From an uncultured archaeon (GTDB lineage Archaea; Asgardarchaeota; Thorarchaeia; Thorarchaeales; Thorarchaeaceae): a stretch of 64,000 bases of DNA. The stretch's first letter is position 1; every line of letters begins with the position of its first letter. Under the pieces are notes generated by a model. That model worked only from the letters and a program-made list of their open reading frames with translations, did not search any database and was not told the origin of the DNA. The stretch is from assembly GCA_964590575.1 (NCBI GenBank), contig CAZPWM010000001.1:1-64000 (forward strand), read 5' to 3'. The position numbers and the translations under genes were made by a program. Positions 50,556 to 58,799 of this stretch are shown piece by piece.

Positions 50556-50711
50556 CTATATCTTACTCGTGAAAGGAGTTGATTTTTCCTCCAACTGCTT
50601 GAGTTCCAGCCGTTTCTTTCTGGCTTGGTATCCTGCGAGTCCTGCTCTCCCTGCTAGAATAACAACTGGGACTACCCACCAAATGATGATGTAAGTAAAA
50701 TCGTACTGCAT
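50556..50711 (-). CDS. 51-aa single-TM small protein
   Basis: MQYDFTYIIIWWVVPVVILAGRAGLAGYQARKKRLELKQLEEKSTPFTSKI*; fills the gap exactly. Confidence 0.55.
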   Translation of the reverse strand: MQYDFTYIIIWWVVPVVILAGRAGLAGYQARKKRLELKQLEEKSTPFTSKI

Positions 50712-50733
50712 TCTGTTTCATCCCAATACAAAA

Positions 50734-52512
50734 ATGAATGAAATTAAGGATGTCGCAAGACGCAGTATTTACTTATCTTTATCAAGAACGTACGACCTAT
50801 ACAATTCAGAGAGGAAATCCTACTTGCCTAGAAGTGTGAGAGAAGTCCCAAAAGAGATTGCTGCATTTGGAGAGCGCCAGTTCAAGGATTCTGGTGCAGC
50901 CGCAGTTGAAGTTCTTCGAGTAAAAGCAGCTGTGATGAGAAAGCACTTTCGTCAATTGAAAGGGATCACATTTCTCGTGGCTGTTGTAGCACGTGATCGG
51001 GTTCGAATCTATTTCTTCAACGCTGCTGGAGTCATGCTTGTGGGTGAGAATGTAGAGGTACCAGTATACCAAAAAGTTCGTGCAAGTTCCAAGCTCATCG
51101 CAAAGTATGAGAAACCAAGAGAGCTCACTCCTGAGGAGCAACGCATTGAAGCAACACAGGAGCTTAGAGAATCGTTAGTCAAAGCTATTCGTCGTGTGAC
51201 TCGTTTTCTAAATGTAGCTCCGCCAACATTCCCAGATATTTTCGTCACTCGAACAAGCTCTGAAGAATCCAGCCAAAGTTTTGGGCTTCAGTTAACAGAT
51301 GATAGGGAATACCTTTTCGAAGAATCCGCACTAAAGACAAAATGGGTTGATGGACTCATTACTCGGACAGCGTTTCTTGTGCATCTTGAATCTGCACACT
51401 CAAAGACTCATATTGCTTCCTTAGTTGGCAATGGGATTGCACTGGCTCTATTGAAGGATCCTGCAAAAAAGGGATTCCGTGAATTCTGGTTGAAAATCAG
51501 CAAAGATACAGAATGGTCTCCTCTAGTGAATCACATGATCAAGCATTCGGATTGCTATGCGGGTAATGGGTTTGTTAGACTCTATTCACTTCTTCAACAA
51601 ATATCTTCTTCTAGCTCAGTTGATGATTGGATCCTCCCATTCAGAGTAATTCACGATAGTGCGAGGGTCTCAATAGGAACTGAAGAATACCATACAATTC
51701 AGGGGTTCTGCAAGACTCTATCAAACCCTCGAAAATTGAATTCTCGAAAACACAGTCTTGAATCTATTCACATGGCTCCTCGTGTTATTTGCGATCCCAC
51801 TCCTTTGAACACTCAAATCTTCATCTCCCATGGGTCCCCCTCAGATGAAGACTGGGCAACTGTGTCATTCATTGATGGCTCAGAAGTTAAGACACTCAGA
51901 ATAGGCCCAGCAGATGAATCACGTGTAACAACAATAGAATATTGGATGAATCTTGAGGATGTCTACCCTACATCTGGGGGATTGATCTCTCATGGCAAGA
52001 ATGTTCTCCAGCGAGCTCTAGCAACTCTTGGGATCGAAACCACTCCTTCTGGGACATTTGAGGCAGCCATTGAATTCTCAGACTCCGTTTTAACCGCTAA
52101 TGAGAAAGCTGTCCTTGAACGTTTGATTCTTGGAAAGTCTGATGTATTGTCGAATACATTGGTTGGCTCACCCCAGATAATTGACAAGCTACTTGCTAAA
52201 GGGAAAATCATGTTCCTGCCAAGCTTCAACCATATTGGAGTGGATTCGGATTATCTATTGAGAGGGCCAACTGATTTAGTGAGGCAAATTGTAAGACAAA
52301 ATTGCGTTGAGGCTACTCTCTTCAATAACACTGCAGAGTCATTTGCTGTGGTTTCTGCCCCTCCAACTTGGAGAGATGGACTTCTTGAATCCACTGTCAA
52401 GGAAGGTGTGTCCATCTGGTCCATCATATCGACCACCTCGAATAGAAATATTCTGCGTTGTGAGGATTCGTTTCCAAAACAAGTTGTGACCTGGTCTGAT
52501 GGTGTCACTTGA
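50734..52512 (+). CDS. Hypothetical protein (592 aa)
   Basis: Long ORF with no motif recognised. Confidence 0.65.
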   Translation: MNEIKDVARRSIYLSLSRTYDLYNSERKSYLPRSVREVPKEIAAFGERQFKDSGAAAVEVLRVKAAVMRKHFRQLKGITFLVAVVARDRVRIYFFNAAGVMLVGENVEVPVYQKVRASSKLIAKYEKPRELTPEEQRIEATQELRESLVKAIRRVTRFLNVAPPTFPDIFVTRTSSEESSQSFGLQLTDDREYLFEESALKTKWVDGLITRTAFLVHLESAHSKTHIASLVGNGIALALLKDPAKKGFREFWLKISKDTEWSPLVNHMIKHSDCYAGNGFVRLYSLLQQISSSSSVDDWILPFRVIHDSARVSIGTEEYHTIQGFCKTLSNPRKLNSRKHSLESIHMAPRVICDPTPLNTQIFISHGSPSDEDWATVSFIDGSEVKTLRIGPADESRVTTIEYWMNLEDVYPTSGGLISHGKNVLQRALATLGIETTPSGTFEAAIEFSDSVLTANEKAVLERLILGKSDVLSNTLVGSPQIIDKLLAKGKIMFLPSFNHIGVDSDYLLRGPTDLVRQIVRQNCVEATLFNNTAESFAVVSAPPTWRDGLLESTVKEGVSIWSIISTTSNRNILRCEDSFPKQVVTWSDGVT

Positions 52513-54169
52513 TTTTCTTTATTATAGTGCCAATTGCTCGAGTGTTGGCCTCTCTCAGAACAATCTTGTCTCCTACATTCAAAGCCTCAGGCGAGATCAT
52601 GAACTCAAGTCGCACTCGAGCAAAATCACCAACACTTAGATAATCTGCATCATAGATTTTCTTGAGGACCACCGTCTGTTGTATTGTGTGTGCTTGTAGG
52701 ACTGGTGCATAGCCTACGGAGATTTTCGTTGGATGCCGTGTGACAATGATGTTCGCTTCGAAAGTTCTACAACTTCCGGATTCTATGTCCGGGTCTGTAA
52801 TCATCTGACCTCTTCGAACAAGATGTTTGTCTACGTCTTTGATATCAAAGCCAAAGAGATCCCCTGCCTTCACCATTCCAATTCGTTTCTTGAACATCTC
52901 AATACTGAACAGTCGCCCCTCTTGGAACTGGTTACCACCATCTGGTCCTATTCTTAGTGCCTGACCCTTCTTGAACATGCCTGACTTGACTGTCCCCGTG
53001 ACAACTACATTTGCTCCCTTTATTCCTCGATACACTTTGTCAACATATGCTCGTGCAGGATCACTCAGACCGATATGATTAGAGTTTACAGGGAGTGATT
53101 TGAGAAGGTTTGTCAAAAGTTCTAATGATTTCGACTCCAGAGCTGAGATTAGAAATATGGGCACTATCACTTCGTTACTGAGTTCTCTTACAATCGGAGG
53201 TATTTCATCACTTGTTCTAACCGTGACTGGTATTCGTCCTACTTCTTTGAGACTATTTCTAACTACATTCACTACAAGTTCTAGATCTTGAGGACTAGTT
53301 TTATCTGTCTTTGAAATCATAACGATAAAAGGCGCGCCTTGATTGGCCATCAATATCATATGCTCTCGAGTTATCTCATCAAGTCTTGGAACACCATAGT
53401 TCAGCTCTTCTTGCCTGATTAGATATGCTTCTTCCGGACCCGGAATTAGAACAAGTCCATATTGTGCATCAGCTCCAAGGATTGATCTTATCATTGTCTT
53501 GCTGTATTCTTTGTGACCTGGTGCATCGAAGAATGTGATTATCTTCACGGATTGATCTAGAACTCTAGCTGAGTCTTCCTTGTTCAATGGATTCTCAGGA
53601 TATACTGTGTTGCCTTCTTCATCAAATCCCATGAATGCAAGGTGAATATCTGCAGTTTGTCCCCTTGTAATTTCCTGCGGATGTGTGAGGAGGAATGATC
53701 TCGCGCTTCCACTACCATTGTCAGGGCGTCCCGTAACTAGAGCCCCAATCAAACTAGATTTTCCTGAGTTGACTCTACCCGCAACATTGATTGAACAAGT
53801 TTCTTTTATTTCCGGTATTGCAAGTCGTTTCAGAAGATAAGACCCGACCATCCCCTGCAGTGTTTCAATCTGCTCCTCTTCAACAATCTCAACTGATGCT
53901 TCTTCGCACAGCTCAGCAAGAATCCTCTCCGACGTTTTCAAAGCATTCTCCGATATTCCGTGTACTTGCCACTCCTTCCCTCCGATATCCTCAATACCAA
54001 TGAGAAAAAGTCCCTCAAATGGACTCTCACATGTCATATAGCGAATCCGCGTGACTAACTTCTGTTTCCTCTCAGTCTTGAGGTCTGCTCGAGTGAGTTT
54101 CCTCTTGAACTCTGTACTTCGATTCTCTCCTTTCATCAGGATTTTGAGAATCTCATCAGGCGTTGTCAT
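52505..54169 (-). CDS. Archaeal GTPBP1-like translational GTPase with N-terminal AlbA_2-like domain
   Basis: 'GENRSTEFK', G1 'GRVNSGKSS', 'HPQEITRGQTADI', G3 'DAPGH', G4 'SKTD', EF-Tu-like domains II/III. Confidence 0.85.
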   Translation of the reverse strand: MTTPDEILKILMKGENRSTEFKRKLTRADLKTERKQKLVTRIRYMTCESPFEGLFLIGIEDIGGKEWQVHGISENALKTSERILAELCEEASVEIVEEEQIETLQGMVGSYLLKRLAIPEIKETCSINVAGRVNSGKSSLIGALVTGRPDNGSGSARSFLLTHPQEITRGQTADIHLAFMGFDEEGNTVYPENPLNKEDSARVLDQSVKIITFFDAPGHKEYSKTMIRSILGADAQYGLVLIPGPEEAYLIRQEELNYGVPRLDEITREHMILMANQGAPFIVMISKTDKTSPQDLELVVNVVRNSLKEVGRIPVTVRTSDEIPPIVRELSNEVIVPIFLISALESKSLELLTNLLKSLPVNSNHIGLSDPARAYVDKVYRGIKGANVVVTGTVKSGMFKKGQALRIGPDGGNQFQEGRLFSIEMFKKRIGMVKAGDLFGFDIKDVDKHLVRRGQMITDPDIESGSCRTFEANIIVTRHPTKISVGYAPVLQAHTIQQTVVLKKIYDADYLSVGDFARVRLEFMISPEALNVGDKIVLREANTRAIGTIIKKIK

Positions 54170-54372
54170 TTGGTGTACTCCATGTCTTCTCTTCATTCTC
54201 TCTACTGGTTATAAGCCCTATCAACAAATGCTATTTTGCTTGAGTGAGTCCTTAACCAGAGAACACTTTTTTTCACAAGTATTTCTGCTCCTTGAAACTC
54301 TTTCGTGACAACACAAAAGCATATCAGTGAAACGATAAGAACGTCATTAATACCCACCACAGAGGGACTCCT

Positions 54373-57300
54373 ATGTACAATAGATACTTCATTCTGGCAA
54401 TCTTACTCGTACCCCTTTTTCTAACTCCCACTTCTGTGGCTGCACGAGTGGAATTGAATTCCACATTCGGTTCAGACAGACCGCTGATTGAATCCCGCCT
54501 TAGAATGGAGGTTCAATCTTCACCAAATCCTACAAGCGCTCTTCTTGAATTCAAGAGTCCTTTGTCATCTACTGAGATCCTTAGAGCTGAAAGTTTAGGA
54601 GTCACTTTCGTGAAGCGTGGATCCTCGATTGTCAACGTTGGCCGGATTTATTCTGTAGAGATAAACAATATCGTTTCTTTGGAAGCCCTATCTGAAATAG
54701 GTCTAATCAGAGCCACTTCTGGAAAAAAACAATACATACCCGCTCTCTCATCCTCAGTGCCTGCGATTCGAGCTGATGATGTTTGGACGAATCTGAACAA
54801 GAACGGTGGGGCAGTCAATGGTTCCGGCGTAACGGTTGCAGTTCTAGATACTGGCGCTCTTTGGACACATCCTAGCTTTTGGCGTGCATCACCCGGCGAG
54901 TACAAGACCATTAACAATGGGTCTGACTACTATGTAGATCTGGATAATGACACGGTGCCAGATTCTACCGAAATTATTCGTTTTGTGGGTGGAGGCGGAC
55001 CTGACTTTTCCTACGCATTTAACTACATGTACATTAATGCAGATGGGATCGCAGGGTTTAGCTATGCATCTGGAGACCGCTGGATTGGTGGAATTGATGC
55101 AAATGATGATACGGTCATAACTTTGGGAGTTGAGAATGTAGTTCTCTTAGACGTATCAAAAGTCGCAGTTTTCTACGACCAAGAACACTCCAACGTGTAT
55201 GTGAGAGATGTCAATCTCACTCAAGCGGTGTCCATTGGTGATTATGATGGTCATGGAACACATGTAGCTTCCACTATTGCCGGTGGTCAAGTTGGAATGA
55301 CATCCTATGTCGGTGTTGCCCCTGGCGCAGATTTGATAATTATCAGAAGTGTTCTCCAATCTGCTGACATCTTGGATGGTATAGCCTTTGCAATTGAGAA
55401 TGATGCGGACATTATCAACATGTCTTTCTCTTCATATCTGGGATTTTTAGATGGGACTGATTTGGAAGACCTTGCGGTATCAGAAGCGTTCCTGAGGTAT
55501 GGAGTATTGACAACTGCAGCTGCTGGAAATCTTGGTAATAAAAACAAACACGCTCGATTCTCTGCGGCACAAGGGTCTTCGGGTTCTGCTTTGATGAGAG
55601 TAGATGATGTTGTTATATCAAGAGCACCATTTCTGAGCTTGTTGTGGCACTCGTCAGACAATGATGAGCATGTTATACTAACACCACCCTCCGGTAATCC
55701 AATAGACCTTGGAGCCTTCTCATCTATTGCACAGCAATCCTGGGCACTTGAAGATGAAAATCTTGCAGCCTATATTTTTGCGGATGTCAGTATACGAGGG
55801 CTCAACAATGTGATAATCCAAGTTTCCACAAATGACCATATGTGGGCGAATGGTGTTTGGAATGTAACAGTCACTAATGGTTCGGGTGACCTCATTTGGA
55901 TAGACGGATTCGCATGGGATGGACGGTGGGAAACAACCCACTTAACTTTCCAGACCGCTCTTGATTCAGGAAGAAGTATCAGTTCCCCTGCTACTGCTGA
56001 TCTTGCAGTGGCAGTTACTGCCTACAGTGAAGTAAGTTCAGGAATTATGAGCGAATCTAGTAAGGGTCCCAGGGTTGATGGCTCTCCAAAACCAACTGTG
56101 GCTGCCCCTGGTGATAATATAGCTGCAGCTCTGGCTAGTCTTACTAGCCTATGGACTTCAAAGGATGGGACCAGTATGGCCTCGCCGCACGTTGCGGGAG
56201 TGCTAGCACTTATTCGCCAAGCCTCAGGCAAGAACTCTGCATGGTTGGACTACTCTGCCTTGGTCAATGGTGCTGGAGGTCAGGCTTCACATTATGAAAC
56301 AGCCTCGCCCTCATGGGGCCATGGTCTCACTGATGCTCTGTGGTCAGTTGTTCAAGTTTTAGATTCTCCAGGTATGGATGGTTCTACAATGTCCGATTGG
56401 TACGGTGTGAGTGAACTATTCGGAGATGCAACAAATCTCTCAGTCAATGGAGGACATGATATCATTTCTGCCAAGTCATTCTTGGACAATGATACTATTG
56501 GAATAGCAATAACCATGAGGGCCGCACCTGATTTACAGGGTACGGATGTTCTCAGCATTGAGTGGGATAATGATTCAAATGTGGGTACTGGGAGGAACGG
56601 AGCTGACATCGTTGTCAATATTACTGGAGGGTCTGCAGATGTCTATGAATGGAATGGTAGTTCCTATGTAGCTTCATCTCTAGTTTCACAATGGTGGACT
56701 GATTCGACAGCAGTGATCCTTCGGCTTGATGGTATTACTCCTGGCGTTCGTGGAATTATATCTATGAGTACACATAACTCTACGATGAGCAATATCGACC
56801 AAGCTGGTCCTGGGACGCTCACTGATATGTTGCCCCCTGTCATGGAAGACCTCTGGATGCAGTTTAATGATGGTTCAATGATTATTCACCTAGCCACGAG
56901 AGATCGCGACACTTCACAAGAACTTCGAAACATTGCGTGGAGTGTTGTCAACGGGCCTCTTGCAACTCTCAACTCATCATCACGAGTAGGAGAAAGCGAT
57001 TACATAATCACTGTTCCTGAGAATCTGATTACTTCTGATTATCTCAATAGCCTTTCATTGAATATCACATCAGAGAGCTTTACTCTTATCTTACCACTCG
57101 TTTTGCTTTCAACCCAAATCGGTCCACAACTAGTGTTTTCAATCGCTACGCTCAACCAAGATGTTGTTCGAGTTGGATTCCTGTTGAATGATTTAATTGC
57201 TGGCGAATTGGTGTTGGAGGGTTTTACTCTCGCTTCCTTGGTCTACGTAGCATTCCATTCTGAATCTGGGTCTTGGCTCAATTTCACTCTTTCAAGTAGT

Positions 57301-57522
57301 ACTGGTCATTACGACTTTGAGATATCCCCCTCATACTTCCAACTAGGGTCACATGAGGTATACGCAATCGCTATAGGGCAGGTAGTACCTGGAACATCTC
57401 TGAATTTCGCCACTCTAACAGTGGTACAGGATTACACTGTGCTAGCTGTAGGGGCTGCAATCCTTATCGTGGGTTGTGGTATAATTGTGATTATGCGAAG
57501 ACGTAGAGGTGACATAGGCTGA
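54373..57522 (+). CDS. Membrane-anchored S8 subtilase
   Basis: Signal peptide; 'VAVLDTG', 'GHGTHVASTIAG', 'AAAGN', 'GTSMASPHVAG'; C-terminal TM followed by RRRR. Confidence 0.92.
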   Translation: MYNRYFILAILLVPLFLTPTSVAARVELNSTFGSDRPLIESRLRMEVQSSPNPTSALLEFKSPLSSTEILRAESLGVTFVKRGSSIVNVGRIYSVEINNIVSLEALSEIGLIRATSGKKQYIPALSSSVPAIRADDVWTNLNKNGGAVNGSGVTVAVLDTGALWTHPSFWRASPGEYKTINNGSDYYVDLDNDTVPDSTEIIRFVGGGGPDFSYAFNYMYINADGIAGFSYASGDRWIGGIDANDDTVITLGVENVVLLDVSKVAVFYDQEHSNVYVRDVNLTQAVSIGDYDGHGTHVASTIAGGQVGMTSYVGVAPGADLIIIRSVLQSADILDGIAFAIENDADIINMSFSSYLGFLDGTDLEDLAVSEAFLRYGVLTTAAAGNLGNKNKHARFSAAQGSSGSALMRVDDVVISRAPFLSLLWHSSDNDEHVILTPPSGNPIDLGAFSSIAQQSWALEDENLAAYIFADVSIRGLNNVIIQVSTNDHMWANGVWNVTVTNGSGDLIWIDGFAWDGRWETTHLTFQTALDSGRSISSPATADLAVAVTAYSEVSSGIMSESSKGPRVDGSPKPTVAAPGDNIAAALASLTSLWTSKDGTSMASPHVAGVLALIRQASGKNSAWLDYSALVNGAGGQASHYETASPSWGHGLTDALWSVVQVLDSPGMDGSTMSDWYGVSELFGDATNLSVNGGHDIISAKSFLDNDTIGIAITMRAAPDLQGTDVLSIEWDNDSNVGTGRNGADIVVNITGGSADVYEWNGSSYVASSLVSQWWTDSTAVILRLDGITPGVRGIISMSTHNSTMSNIDQAGPGTLTDMLPPVMEDLWMQFNDGSMIIHLATRDRDTSQELRNIAWSVVNGPLATLNSSSRVGESDYIITVPENLITSDYLNSLSLNITSESFTLILPLVLLSTQIGPQLVFSIATLNQDVVRVGFLLNDLIAGELVLEGFTLASLVYVAFHSESGSWLNFTLSSSTGHYDFEISPSYFQLGSHEVYAIAIGQVVPGTSLNFATLTVVQDYTVLAVGAAILIVGCGIIVIMRRRRGDIG

Positions 57523-58799
57523 AGATCATAATCATCGGATATGGTCCTGGTGGTGCTGCAGCTGCAGTCGCTGCTCGGATGTTCAATACGCAGTCTGAAA
57601 TTCAAATTATCACTGAGGAAACATTAGAATCTCACAGAAAACCAGGCGCCTCGATGGCACTTGAGTTTCCTGATACTTCAGATCTCCGGATAGACGATTG
57701 GTCGTTTGATGCTCTCTCAAAGAAACGAATCGCCACCATCACAGGAACTCAGGTGACGGGAGGAGATTCCACCTCCAAAGAAATCTATATCAAAGGATCC
57801 CATGGCGAGAAGACTTTGAGCTATGACAGACTCATCTTAGCTACTGGAGGCATTCCTGCTTTGCCGAATATACCCGGTACGGATTTAGCAGGTGTCTTCA
57901 CAATTCAGACGATGGCTGATACAAGTGAGATTGGAAACCAGTTGTCTGGGATGAAATCGATTATAGTTGTTGGCGCTGGTTTCAGCGGTCTCGAAACTGC
58001 TGAGAGGCTTCTTTCAATTGGAAAAGATGTTCACCTCCTTATACGATCCCGACTTATGCGAAAACAATTGGAGGAACCAATGAGCCTGGAACTTCAGTCA
58101 AGAATTCCAGACAGACTGAATGTACACGTTGGTAAATCCCCTTCATCCGTAATTGGGGATAAAAAAGTGCAAGGAATAACTGTTGGTTCAGAAACAATTC
58201 CTGTCGATGCGATTCTTTTCATGACCGGTGTCCGACCTAATACCGAGCTTGCTAAGAAACTTGGTGTCAAGATTGGCCCCTTGGGAGGAATAGTAGTTGA
58301 TGAAGCGATGAAGACATCTGTGAATGATATCTTCGCAGTCGGCGACTGCGTTGAGATGAAAGATTCGCTTACTGGAAAGCCACTTCTTCTTCCAATTGGT
58401 AGTGTAGCCGCTCGTGCAGGTCGACAAGCAGGAGTTACCGCAGCAGGTGGCTCCAAGATATATGATGATACACTACGTCGCCTACAGTATGACCATATCT
58501 TCAATACTGATATTGTTGTAGTCGGTCATTCAACCACAACTGCTACCGAGATGGGCTTGAAAACTGATGTTCAATATTTTGAGGATAGCACAGAATTTGC
58601 GAAAGTAGCTTTAGTCACAACTGATGATGGACGCCTTGTTGGAGGTCAGGTGATATCTTCACGCATGGGTGCTCGGCTTGGTTATGAAATACTTGAGCGA
58701 GTTGAGTCTGGAGCCACCCTAAGAGAAAAACCCCTTCTCAAACCACGTCACGAAAGATTGCGTGAGTATCTAGAATCTACTTATGGTCCTATTCGATAG
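57519..58799 (+). CDS. FAD-dependent pyridine nucleotide-disulfide oxidoreductase (NADH oxidase/CoADR-like), probable CTG start
   Basis: 'KIIIIGYGPGG' FAD motif lies upstream of the called ATG; 'LILATGG', 'VVGAGFSGLE', 'TSVNDIFAVGDC'. Confidence 0.85.
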   Translation: MKIIIIGYGPGGAAAAVAARMFNTQSEIQIITEETLESHRKPGASMALEFPDTSDLRIDDWSFDALSKKRIATITGTQVTGGDSTSKEIYIKGSHGEKTLSYDRLILATGGIPALPNIPGTDLAGVFTIQTMADTSEIGNQLSGMKSIIVVGAGFSGLETAERLLSIGKDVHLLIRSRLMRKQLEEPMSLELQSRIPDRLNVHVGKSPSSVIGDKKVQGITVGSETIPVDAILFMTGVRPNTELAKKLGVKIGPLGGIVVDEAMKTSVNDIFAVGDCVEMKDSLTGKPLLLPIGSVAARAGRQAGVTAAGGSKIYDDTLRRLQYDHIFNTDIVVVGHSTTTATEMGLKTDVQYFEDSTEFAKVALVTTDDGRLVGGQVISSRMGARLGYEILERVESGATLREKPLLKPRHERLREYLESTYGPIR

